From a virus: DNA of 64,000 bases. Below, piece by piece: positions 25,563-33,333 of the stretch; positions within the stretch are counted from its first letter, which is position 1; every line of letters begins with the position of its first letter. The translations under genes were made by a program, and so were the position numbers. The notes below the pieces were generated by a model. That model had not been told where the DNA came from. It was given only the letters and a program-made list of their open reading frames with translations, and did no database searches. The stretch lies in IMG/VR virus record IMGVR_UViG_3300036806_000429. One strand, given 5' to 3'.

Positions 25563-26512
25563 CGGGCCGTCCTCGCGGCGAGCTTTCGCCGGAGCCGCTC
25601 GGCAAACGCGGCCTCGCCGTCCTCGTCGCCGTCGATGAAGTCCGCGAAGCGCGGCTGCTTCGCGAGAAGCGCGCGGATCCGTGCGAGCTCGCCCGGCAGC
25701 GGCCACTTGCCCACGCCGTCGCAGAAGGGGCAAGGGTGATCGCCGTCCTTGCCCACGGTTGACACGGGGTGCGCGGCCTTGCCGCTTCCGTCGCACCAGC
25801 CACAGTCGTACCTGTCGACGTGGAACAGCGCGTCGGAGGCCACGTTGGCCGTGTAGGCGACGGCCGGCGAGCGCGCGCTGCTCGACGGGTTGACGCGCAC
25901 CACAATCCTGGGCTTGCTGTTGATAACGTCCAAGAAGAAGCCGCCGATGCCGAGCACCATGGCATCGTGCTCCGCCGAGAACAGCGGCACGTTCGCTAAC
26001 GCTTCTATGTGTTCCTCGTTGGTGCCCTCCTGCTCAGCTACGCTGATGGGCATCGCCACGAGCGTCGGGCCCGGCGGCAGCAACAGGCCATCCATGTCGA
26101 CCTTCCGCCGTTGCCCATCGACATCGCCCCCTATCTGGACCAGCAGGCCGCCGCAACTGATACAGCGTGGCGAGAATTTGTGGCGCGGCTCGCCGTCGCA
26201 CATCGCACACTGCTCCAGCGGCACGCGATACAGGTGAAACTCCAGAACCCAGCTCTTGTAGCGACGCCCTTCCAGGTAGGCGTGAACGCGGCGCACCTTG
26301 CCGTCGTCGCTGCCGTTGCCCACGTACACGAGCCGATCGTGCGGCCGCGAATACAGAACGGCTCCGGGCTCGCACTCGCCGCCGGTCAGCTGCTGCCACT
26401 CGTCCGTCGCCGAGCCCATCGATGCCACTCGAGCCCAGGCCGGGAGCTCGGCCGCTTTCGGCACCACGACCTCGCCGCCGCGCAGGTGGTCTTTGAGCTG
26501 CCCGAGCTTCAC
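25559..26512 (-). CDS. MKL-leader family protein with two zinc-knuckle pairs
   Basis: GTG 26512 gives VKLGQLKDHL, in a GTGA overlap. CAMCDG...CISCGG and CGWCDGSG...CPFCDGVG. Confidence 0.6.
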   Translation of the reverse strand: MKLGQLKDHLRGGEVVVPKAAELPAWARVASMGSATDEWQQLTGGECEPGAVLYSRPHDRLVYVGNGSDDGKVRRVHAYLEGRRYKSWVLEFHLYRVPLEQCAMCDGEPRHKFSPRCISCGGLLVQIGGDVDGQRRKVDMDGLLLPPGPTLVAMPISVAEQEGTNEEHIEALANVPLFSAEHDAMVLGIGGFFLDVINSKPRIVVRVNPSSSARSPAVAYTANVASDALFHVDRYDCGWCDGSGKAAHPVSTVGKDGDHPCPFCDGVGKWPLPGELARIRALLAKQPRFADFIDGDEDGEAAFAERLRRKLAARTAR

Positions 26513-26940
26513 GGCTCCAGCCTCGATCCGGCGAGCCAGCCTTGGCCGCGGCAGTTGTGGCAAACCTGCTCGCCTGGTAGGAAGCCCTGGCCGTCACAGA
26601 TCGGACAACACTTCATGGGCGCTAGGAACAGGCTGTCTTGCGCAACCCAAGCGTCCTCCCAATTCTCCTTCGTCGGGCTCCAGTAGGCCGTCTTGGCCAC
26701 GGCCGTGATCAGCCCGCTGTCCAGCGCCGTCTTGTTCTGGAGCGCCTTCACCGTCACGACGCGACTGTGCGCCATGTCCCAGAAGCGAACGCCCAGCGGA
26801 ATGGTGGGGTGCTTCACCAAGATGGCGCTGAGCCGCTCGCCAATGCACTCCTCGCCCGACCAAGTGATCCAGGGCGGAGGCCGCAAGGCGCGCTCCGGGA
26901 GCGGCCCGCGCTGACGCGCGCGGAATTCTTCCAGCTTCAC
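26509..26940 (-). CDS. MKL-leader family protein with paired CxxCxGxG
   Basis: GTG 26940 gives VKLEEFRARQ, in a GTGA overlap. CPICDGQG...CHNCRGQG. Confidence 0.6.
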   Translation of the reverse strand: MKLEEFRARQRGPLPERALRPPPWITWSGEECIGERLSAILVKHPTIPLGVRFWDMAHSRVVTVKALQNKTALDSGLITAVAKTAYWSPTKENWEDAWVAQDSLFLAPMKCCPICDGQGFLPGEQVCHNCRGQGWLAGSRLEP

Positions 26941-27467
26941 GCCGTCCTCCGAAGGTGGGTGCCCAAGCCCATGCAACTCCCGCAAAGCGCGTCTGTGTCC
27001 GTGCCGGTGGTCACGCCATTCCAGCTGACGATCGGGACTTCGCAGCGACCCGTTCCCTGGCACATCTCGCACGGGACCATTCGAGCTTCAATGAGGTTCG
27101 CCGCCTTCACCGTGAAGCTGATCCAGCCGCGTCCGAGATCGTACCGCCCCACGAGCACATCGGGGTTGGTGATGCGAGAACCGGTGGGATCCCAGACCGG
27201 TCCAACCTCCTCCACGACGACAAGGCGCCGCGATGACTCGGGCGAATTCTCCGGAGACAGGTACAGCTCGCCCACGCGCTTGGCACGAGGCGCCTGTTCC
27301 AAGCCCCAGGCCAACGTCGAGCCGCCCGGAGGTACGACGCCAGGCCTGAAGCGCACGTTGTTGAGGCTGGCCGGATGGGGCTGCCGCCCCGTCCAGGGCA
27401 CCGGCGCTTTCGGCTTCAGAATGGCCGCCCCTCGCCGGGCGAGCGCGCGGAAGGCGGACAGCTTCAC
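26937..27467 (-). CDS. MKL-leader family protein with paired CxxCxGxG
   Basis: GTG 27467 gives VKLSAFRALA, in a GTGA overlap. CEMCQGTG...CGSCMGLG. Confidence 0.6.
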   Translation of the reverse strand: MKLSAFRALARRGAAILKPKAPVPWTGRQPHPASLNNVRFRPGVVPPGGSTLAWGLEQAPRAKRVGELYLSPENSPESSRRLVVVEEVGPVWDPTGSRITNPDVLVGRYDLGRGWISFTVKAANLIEARMVPCEMCQGTGRCEVPIVSWNGVTTGTDTDALCGSCMGLGTHLRRTA

Positions 27468-27739
27468 GTGACGGGCCCTTTGTTCTTCCTGTAGCGAACG
27501 GCGAGAGCCACCCAAAGCGTGTTGGCCGTGACCACCAGCATGCCAGCGATCCAACTCGAATACTGCTTCAGCTGGAAGTAATACACCAAGTTCCAGAAGC
27601 CCCACAGAGCGAACCAGGCGACCTGGATGACGCGGATCCCCGACACGAATTTGTCGCGATAGAGCTTGTGGCAACTCCAGAAGATGAAGCCGGCGGCGCC
27701 GAATTCAAACGCGGCGTTGATGTGGTCCAATGGCTTCAC
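27464..27739 (-). CDS. small 3-TM membrane protein (weak SemiSWEET/PQ-loop-like pattern)
   Basis: GTG 27739 in a GTGA overlap. FGAAGFIFWSCHKLYRDKFVSGIRVIQVAWFALWGFWNLVYY...IAGMLVVTANTLWVALAV. Confidence 0.5.
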   Translation of the reverse strand: MKPLDHINAAFEFGAAGFIFWSCHKLYRDKFVSGIRVIQVAWFALWGFWNLVYYFQLKQYSSWIAGMLVVTANTLWVALAVRYRKNKGPVT

Positions 27740-27969
27740 GATGACCTCCGCGCGCGAGCTCGGCGCAACAACTTCCAAAGCATCCAAAACGAGCGTAGCG
27801 ACCACAGCGTGATCAGCGGCACCGACACGAACCAGGTGGCCGACACCAGCGCGATCTCCCGCTCGCGGCGCGTCCACTTCCGGCCGTGCTCAGCGCGCCA
27901 GGAGCGGATCAGCGGACGCCACGTCACGTAAACGCCCAAGAAGTACAGATAAAGGACCAGGATTGTCAT
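27736..27969 (-). CDS. small 2-TM membrane protein
   Basis: ATG 27969 in an ATGA overlap. MTILVLYLYFLGVYVTW...ALVSATWFVSVPLITLW. Confidence 0.5.
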   Translation of the reverse strand: MTILVLYLYFLGVYVTWRPLIRSWRAEHGRKWTRREREIALVSATWFVSVPLITLWSLRSFWMLWKLLRRARARRSS

Positions 27970-28187
27970 GGCGTCAAGTCGATGTCCACGATGTTGGGCT
28001 TTGGGTCGCCGTTGAGCTTTAGGCAGAGCTTCGAGGCGTCCCACTTGTTCAAGCCGGTCGCCTCGTCCTTGTCCGTGCCGGCGTGGAAGACGGCCCATTC
28101 CAGCGCGTGATCCTGGTGCGTCGGGCCGCGGCACTCGAAGTGGTACGGGAATTCGGCGCCGTACGAGTATCCACGTTTATTCAACAT
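27966..28187 (-). CDS. hypothetical small protein
   Basis: ATG 28187 (the track start is 28262). GC3-rich. Confidence 0.45.
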   Translation of the reverse strand: MLNKRGYSYGAEFPYHFECRGPTHQDHALEWAVFHAGTDKDEATGLNKWDASKLCLKLNGDPKPNIVDIDLTP

Positions 28188-28503
28188 TGCAGTCGTCCCA
28201 ATGCTCGGCGCGGTACAGCGCCGCGCGGAGCGACGTGTGACCGCCCGCGAGCTCTTGTTCATCGTCGGAGTCGAGCCAATAGATGCCCTCGCGGGTGATC
28301 AGCGCCGGATACACGCCGCATCCGAGCTCCTCGCCGTCGGCGACCTCCTTGTTGAAGGCCATCGAGAAGCGGCCGGCGTCCGAGTGTTTCGCGAAGAAGC
28401 CCATGAACTCCTCGGAATTGGACACCACCCAGCCCTCGGTCTGCACCTCAACATCGCTGAGTCGGCACTCCTCCTGGGCCGTACGGCTACGGATCGCCAT
28501 CAC
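28177..28503 (-). CDS. hypothetical acidic protein
   Basis: GTG 28503 or ATG 28500, at the upstream stop. Confidence 0.5.
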   Translation of the reverse strand: MMAIRSRTAQEECRLSDVEVQTEGWVVSNSEEFMGFFAKHSDAGRFSMAFNKEVADGEELGCGVYPALITREGIYWLDSDDEQELAGGHTSLRAALYRAEHWDDCNVE

Positions 28504-28790
28504 TCGCCTCCTTCCACTTCGCGCAACACGCGGAGCGCGCGGCGGAAGGCCGGAGTGCCCTGTTGGAAGCCGTCGAAGCAGGACAGAACGGCGCGCGCCT
28601 CGTCCCGCGTGAGCTCCACCAGGGCGCCGCCGCGCCGAAGGCGCCGGAACTTCTCCGCCGCGCTGATCACCGCGGCGCCCCAGGCGTTGGATTCGTCGGA
28701 CAGATCGCCGGCCTCGTACAGGTTGACGCTTTCCTGGACGGCGGCGAGCTCCAGGCCACGAAGGACGACGGGCTTGGCCTTGGCCATCAC
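28500..28790 (-). CDS. hypothetical protein
   Basis: GTG 28790 or ATG 28787, at the upstream stop. Confidence 0.5.
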   Translation of the reverse strand: MMAKAKPVVLRGLELAAVQESVNLYEAGDLSDESNAWGAAVISAAEKFRRLRRGGALVELTRDEARAVLSCFDGFQQGTPAFRRALRVLREVEGGE

Positions 28791-29254
28791 AGCGCCTGTA
28801 GCGCGCGGGCCGCGAGCTCGCGCGTGTCGAACACGAAGCCGAGCGAATCGTGATCAGCGCCGAGCTCGATCAGCGTCCGCTCGGCGGCCATGAAGTGGCG
28901 GTTGGTCGAGCCGCCCGCGCCGAGCGGGCGCCCTTCTTCGTCCTCGATGCGGAAGGCGTCGAAGACCTTCTGGATCTTCAGGGTCAACGTGATTCGGCCC
29001 GGGTCGCCGAGATGCTTGGCCGTCATGAGTGCTTTCTTCTCCGGAGCGCGCGCGGCGCCTGAACTCCTGCCTGGACACTGGCCTGGCTTCCCGGTCAGCG
29101 CAACGCCGTCGCGATAGTAGTCAAAACTGTACAGCGTTCCGCCTTTCGGACCCTTTCGCCTGGGGAATTTGCGCTGCAAGCCGCACTTCAGGCAAACGTC
29201 GAATTTGGCGCCGGTGTAGTCTGCGCCGGCCCATTTGTGTGGTTTGTATGCCAT
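28787..29254 (-). CDS. hypothetical protein
   Basis: ATG 29254 in a TGATG overlap. CLKCG motif. Confidence 0.5.
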   Translation of the reverse strand: MAYKPHKWAGADYTGAKFDVCLKCGLQRKFPRRKGPKGGTLYSFDYYRDGVALTGKPGQCPGRSSGAARAPEKKALMTAKHLGDPGRITLTLKIQKVFDAFRIEDEEGRPLGAGGSTNRHFMAAERTLIELGADHDSLGFVFDTRELAARALQAL

Positions 29255-29442
29255 CACTTCTCCGTGCTGGCGCGCCAAGCCTTCTCGGCTTCCGCCTTGG
29301 ATTCTTCAGCCCAGTCCAGGTCCTGGCGAGCCTTCTTCAGAGCGGCTTCGAGCTGGGCAACCTGGCGTTTCCTGTTGGCGACGATGCGATTGGCCAGAGA
29401 GAGCTCGACGGCCAGAACCTCGGTGGTTTTGGGCTTGGCCAC
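29254..29442 (-). CDS. hypothetical coiled-coil peptide
   Basis: 62 aa, heptad-like, Lys/Glu/Ala-rich. Confidence 0.45.
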   Translation of the reverse strand: MAKPKTTEVLAVELSLANRIVANRKRQVAQLEAALKKARQDLDWAEESKAEAEKAWRASTEK

Positions 29443-29733
29443 TCAGCCCACCACAACGACGGACGGCGAGGCCGCGAGCTCTGCCTTGGACATCTCGGGG
29501 TTCAGCAGCGCGACGGCGCGCGCGGCGGCGAGGCCATCCCAATGGAACGAGCAGAGCTCGTCGCCCTCCTCGTTTTGGATCGAGACGCACAGGCCTTCGC
29601 CGTCCAGGACGATCGTGGCGGCATCGCCGTCCACCTTCGCCTCGCCCAGGAGCGGCTCGGAGCCGTCGGCGAAGGGCGATGCGCCCGCGAGGCCTTGCCA
29701 GTCGGAATTCGTGAACGGTTTGAGGTTGATCAT
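29443..29733 (-). CDS. hypothetical protein
   Basis: ATG 29733 with a GGAGAA SD. The track ORF is over-extended. Confidence 0.5.
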   Translation of the reverse strand: MINLKPFTNSDWQGLAGASPFADGSEPLLGEAKVDGDAATIVLDGEGLCVSIQNEEGDELCSFHWDGLAAARAVALLNPEMSKAELAASPSVVVVG

Positions 29734-29749
29734 TTTGGCCGATTCTCCT

Positions 29750-29956
29750 TCAGTTGGATGCGAGGCGGGACAGAAGCGCTTCAGCGTGGTCGAACGTCGC
29801 GCGGCGCGGCAGGACGTGTTCGCCGGTCGCCGTTTGGAGCGTCCAGCGCCCGTCGGCGCCACGTACGAGACGGCTGCGGCCGTCGCTGTGTGCGTACGCC
29901 GTCGCCGTGCCGTGTGCGCCGTCGGTGTTCTCGGGGGTCCAAGTCGCCTTTTTCAT
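29750..29956 (-). CDS. hypothetical protein
   Basis: ATG 29956 in an ATGA overlap. MKKATWTPENTDG. Confidence 0.45.
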   Translation of the reverse strand: MKKATWTPENTDGAHGTATAYAHSDGRSRLVRGADGRWTLQTATGEHVLPRRATFDHAEALLSRLASN

Positions 29957-30156
29957 GCTTGGCCTTCGAGCTCGACGACCGTGTTGCCGTCGGAGTCCTC
30001 GATGATGACGTCGCGGTTGGTGCGCTTCACCAAGTAGTCGGCGAATTCGCGAGCCGCCGCGAGGGTGAGGCCCTCGGCGCGCGGGGCGCGGGCGCCCGGC
30101 ATGATCTCCGCGAATTCCGAACCGCTCTTGCGTACGCTGTAGGTCGTGTTGTTCAT
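29953..30156 (-). CDS. hypothetical protein, first gene of a predicted leaderless operon
   Basis: ATG 30156 lies 7 nt downstream of the TATGTT -10. The N-terminus is MNNTTYS. Confidence 0.5.
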   Translation of the reverse strand: MNNTTYSVRKSGSEFAEIMPGARAPRAEGLTLAAAREFADYLVKRTNRDVIIEDSDGNTVVELEGQA

Positions 30157-30163
30157 GAAGAGA

Positions 30164-30193
30164 AACATAGCTCCTATGCTTCCACAAGTCGAG
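30164..30193 (-). promoter_or_regulatory. copy 3 of the six-copy promoter element (CTCGAC-N18-TATGTT)
   Basis: AAAAAAGTTCTCGACTTGTGGAAGCATAGGAGCTATGTT, then 7 nt to the ATG. Confidence 0.5.
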
Positions 30194-30237
30194 AACTTTT
30201 TTGTAGTTGGTTGAACTTTTCTTCGTATGTTGGCAAA

Positions 30238-30573
30238 TCACACAGGAATCGACGCGAACAACGCCCGGACTGCCGCAGCGGCCTCCGCGTCCGTGTAGAG
30301 GCGCTTCCCTGCCAGCACCGTCATCGCAGGAAGCGGCCTCCAACCCTTGGCTGTCAGCGCCGCCGCGAAGCACGCGGCGCGGCGCTCGTTGTCACCCTCG
30401 CTGGACTCCACCCAAGGCCGGTAGGCCACCACGACCTTGTTGCTGGCGATCGATACGACGGCGTGATGGCCGCCGACGGCCGCCGGAGCACCGAGCCCGC
30501 CCGGCTTCTGTGTCTTGGGCAGGTTGTCGGCGATGACGCGGATCACCGCGGAGCCTTCCAGATTCGCGCTCAC
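30238..30573 (-). CDS. hypothetical protein
   Basis: GC3-rich ORF, last gene before promoter copy 3. Confidence 0.5.
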   Translation of the reverse strand: MSANLEGSAVIRVIADNLPKTQKPGGLGAPAAVGGHHAVVSIASNKVVVAYRPWVESSEGDNERRAACFAAALTAKGWRPLPAMTVLAGKRLYTDAEAAAAVRALFASIPV

Positions 30574-30980
30574 TTCTCGCCCCGCTCTGCCTTCTGCGCG
30601 GCCAACACCATGTCTTCGGCCGTCTTCTGCGCGAGGAGCGCCGCGGCGAGCTTCTCTTGGAGCGCCGTGACGGCGTCGCGGCAGACCTGAAGGTTGGTCT
30701 CGGCCGCCTTCGTCGCCGCCGCGAGCTCGTCCCGGCGCACGTTGTACTCGGGGCCGACAATCTGACGGACGTGACGGCTGTGGTGCTCCTTGCGCTCGCG
30801 CCCGTTCTTGTCGAAGTTTTGCGTGTAGGAGTTGCCGTGGATTCCCCAGCCGGTCTGGACGCCTCCGCCGGGGTTGCGGCGCAACACGACGTGAACGGAG
30901 GCGTGGCCGGCTTCGCCGTGGGTGTATTGGACCACGCGCACGCGGTCGCCCTTCTTCAGATCCTTCAGAAAGTCTTCCAT
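30570..30980 (-). CDS. hypothetical protein with a coiled-coil C-terminus
   Basis: ATG 30980 with a GAGGAG SD (the track start at 31013 overlaps the upstream gene). Confidence 0.5.
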   Translation of the reverse strand: MEDFLKDLKKGDRVRVVQYTHGEAGHASVHVVLRRNPGGGVQTGWGIHGNSYTQNFDKNGRERKEHHSRHVRQIVGPEYNVRRDELAAATKAAETNLQVCRDAVTALQEKLAAALLAQKTAEDMVLAAQKAERGEK

Positions 30981-30993
30981 TGGCCGATTCTCC

Positions 30994-31215
30994 TCAGACG
31001 TGGTAGGCGACATCTTGCGAGCCGCCGACGATGTGGCTGTTGATCTGCTTCGCGGCCCGGAGCTCGCCGAGCGCGGCGCGAACGACGCGAAGGTTGGGGC
31101 GGTTCACGATCAAGCCGAGGCGGAAGCAAACCACTTCTGCCGTCGCCGCGCGGCCGTTGAGCGCGCCACGAACCGCCGTCTTGATCGTCGCCATGTTCTT
31201 CGTCGTCGTGTTCAT
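30994..31215 (-). CDS. hypothetical protein, first gene of a predicted leaderless operon
   Basis: ATG 31215 lies 7 nt downstream of the TATGTT -10. The N-terminus is MNTTTKN. Confidence 0.5.
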   Translation of the reverse strand: MNTTTKNMATIKTAVRGALNGRAATAEVVCFRLGLIVNRPNLRVVRAALGELRAAKQINSHIVGGSQDVAYHV

Positions 31216-31222
31216 GAGAGGA

Positions 31223-31252
31223 AACATAGCCCCTCTGCTTCCACACGTCGAG
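31223..31252 (-). promoter_or_regulatory. copy 4 of the six-copy promoter element (CTCGAC-N18-TATGTT)
   Basis: TTGACTTTTTTCTCGACGTGTGGAAGCAGAGGGGCTATGTT, then 7 nt to the ATG. Confidence 0.5.
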
Positions 31253-31280
31253 AAAAAAGTCAACGCCTGCTAACTTTTCT

Positions 31281-31574
31281 TCACTCCACCAGCTTTAGGT
31301 GGCGTTGCGGCGCAGGCAAGGTCGGAGGCGGCGCCGGCTCCGTGCGCCCCTCGCGGAGATCCGCGAAGGTGTCCTCATCGTCCGTTGCCGACAACGCCAG
31401 GTAGGGCTCGCCGTCGCAGCCCTCGGTGACTTCTGCCATGGCCAAGCCGCCGATGAACGTGTCTGATTCCAGCTCGTCCTCGCCAGCTCGATGGAAGCTG
31501 ACCTGGACTTCCAGGCCGTCCGGAACGCTCGCTAGCAGCGCCTTCAGGTCGCCCGCGGTTAGGGTTTTGGGCAT
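31281..31574 (-). CDS. hypothetical acidic protein
   Basis: ATG 31574 (MPKTLTAGDLKALL). The track ORF is over-extended. Confidence 0.45.
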   Translation of the reverse strand: MPKTLTAGDLKALLASVPDGLEVQVSFHRAGEDELESDTFIGGLAMAEVTEGCDGEPYLALSATDDEDTFADLREGRTEPAPPPTLPAPQRHLKLVE

Positions 31575-31798
31575 TGCTGGAGGCAGGCCGAAAGCAGGTC
31601 CGCGGAGTCGCGCTTGATGCACTGGTTCTGAGTGGTGAACACCACCAGCTCGCCGACGCAATCGCCCAGCACCTTCGTCTCGCACTGCTGGCGACAGGTC
31701 GGCGCCGCGGGCGGAGGCCGCGTTACGATCTCGGGCACGGAGCCACAACACAGCGTGGCCAAAGCGAGGAGGGCGAGGGCGTATTTGTTGGTTTTCAT
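31559..31798 (-). CDS. small secreted or lipoprotein, Cys-rich
   Basis: ATG 31798 with an AAGGAGAA SD. MKTNKYALALLALATLCCG is a signal peptide. The mature part contains six further Cys. Confidence 0.5.
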   Translation of the reverse strand: MKTNKYALALLALATLCCGSVPEIVTRPPPAAPTCRQQCETKVLGDCVGELVVFTTQNQCIKRDSADLLSACLQQCPKP

Positions 31799-31818
31799 CG
31801 TGTTCTCCTTGGTCTGAT

Positions 31819-32037
31819 TCATGGTAGATATTCCATAGTTTCCACGGCGCCTACTCGCTTGGCGGCCTGGGCGCAGCTCCAGCACATCGGCACGTCGTCG
31901 GCGACAACGACGGCCGCATTGTCACAATCCAACTCGAGCTCGATCAGCGCCTCGCACCGGAGCTCGATGCGCGGAACGCTAGGAGATGGAGAAGATGCCA
32001 CTTCGCTCCCAATTGATCTGGAAAGAATCGCCCTCAT
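31819..32037 (-). CDS. possible small protein (weak)
   Basis: The start is uncertain (ATG 32037 or GTG 32001). It overlaps the upstream gene end. Confidence 0.3.
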   Translation of the reverse strand: MRAILSRSIGSEVASSPSPSVPRIELRCEALIELELDCDNAAVVVADDVPMCWSCAQAAKRVGAVETMEYLP

Positions 32038-32668
32038 TGATGCGGTATGGGCTTTCAGTCTCGATGTCGGTGCCGTACTGCGCCGTTGGCTTCCACCCCT
32101 TCTTCGTGGCAGAGCCCTTGACCACCAGGACGAGTCGGAACGCCTTCACAGTGCCCGGCACCATCGTCGCCGGGCCGAACGTGACGTTGTCCGCCTTCAA
32201 TGACGTCCCGAGGCAGATCACGCCCGTCAGCGCAATTGCCTCCGACATTATGGCGCCGGTCGTGTCGACAAGCGCCACCTTCAAGTCGCGCATCGCCTTC
32301 GGCACGTGCGTGGCGAATTCCTCAACCACCAACGCGAAGAATTCAAACGGCTCCATCATCTTGACAGCCGCTGGAGCAAGGAGCTTCTTTCGCTTGCCTT
32401 CCAGGCGGAGGCCTGAGCCGTTGCAGTCGGGACAGCGATCGGCAGAAGCGCCGCGGCCGAAGGCGCTTGTGAGCTCGGTGTCGAACAGAGCTGCCAACTT
32501 GTCGGCGTCCTCGTCCGGGCGCGCCTCGGGATTGACGCCCGTGCCGTTGCAGGTTGGGCAGTTGCTCGGGTGTGGCTTGGGAGGCGGAGGCGGCTTGGGC
32601 GGCACGTACTTCGTCGGCTTGGCCTGTTCCGCCTTCTGGAGCGCGCGGCGGAGCTCGTTGAGCTTCAT
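31979..32668 (-). CDS. MKL-leader family protein with paired CxxCxGxG
   Basis: MKLNELRRAL start in an ATGA overlap. CPTCNGTG...CPDCNGSG follows a Pro-rich linker. Confidence 0.6.
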   Translation of the reverse strand: MKLNELRRALQKAEQAKPTKYVPPKPPPPPKPHPSNCPTCNGTGVNPEARPDEDADKLAALFDTELTSAFGRGASADRCPDCNGSGLRLEGKRKKLLAPAAVKMMEPFEFFALVVEEFATHVPKAMRDLKVALVDTTGAIMSEAIALTGVICLGTSLKADNVTFGPATMVPGTVKAFRLVLVVKGSATKKGWKPTAQYGTDIETESPYRINEGDSFQINWERSGIFSIS

Positions 32669-33333
32669 CGTCCGAACCTCCGTGCGTTGAAGCGCGCCTG
32701 GCGCAGTTGCTCTCGCCGCTGCTCGCGGGCGGTCAACTTCGCCGGCCGACCGCGGCGCGGATCGTGACCCATCGGCGCCGGCTCTGCCTTGGGTTGCTCC
32801 TCGGCCGCTGCCAAGAGCTCGTCCGCCAACTCCTTCATGCTGGGGTGGGCGCCGAAGTCCGAGATGCTGTCCAAGGTCATCTTCACGCCCTCGGCCAGGC
32901 CCTTCACGCCTTCGCCCAGACCAGCCATCGCCGACACCACGTCCGACATCGACATGCCTGTCATGCGCGCGGCGAGCTCGGCCAGCGACGGCTCCCTGAT
33001 CGGGTCGTCGATGATCAGGAGGTCGGCGCTGCGGCCGTGCGTCTTCTTGTCACGCACATGGCGAAGTCCGCCGCTGATGAGTTGAAACAGCGCGGTGGCA
33101 TCCTCTGCGCCCTTCGTGCCCTCCATGCCCGTGAGGTTGCGATAGGCCAGGCTCAGCGCGTCGAGCACCTGTGTGTGCGTACGGTGGCAGCTTGCTGCCA
33201 GAAAGTCGATCAGCCTCCAAGTGGCGATCACTTCCGGCGATGCGTTGTCCGGCGGAGCTCCGCGCGCCTCCTCCGGCGGAGTCTCATCCAGCTCGCCGGA
33301 GCGCGCCGCGCCGCGGATGGACTCGAGCTTCAC
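32665..33333 (-). CDS. MKL-leader family protein (no zinc knuckle)
   Basis: GTG 33333 gives VKLESIRGAA, in a GTGA overlap. Confidence 0.55.
   Translation of the reverse strand: MKLESIRGAARSGELDETPPEEARGAPPDNASPEVIATWRLIDFLAASCHRTHTQVLDALSLAYRNLTGMEGTKGAEDATALFQLISGGLRHVRDKKTHGRSADLLIIDDPIREPSLAELAARMTGMSMSDVVSAMAGLGEGVKGLAEGVKMTLDSISDFGAHPSMKELADELLAAAEEQPKAEPAPMGHDPRRGRPAKLTAREQRREQLRQARFNARRFGR

Noticed and set aside
24257-30156. Toxin-antitoxin pairs among the many small overlapping gene pairs
   Set aside because: Overlapping small genes are the rule throughout this genome because of translational coupling. None shows a recognisable toxin fold (PIN, RelE, MazF, HicA, Fic and so on) by eye.
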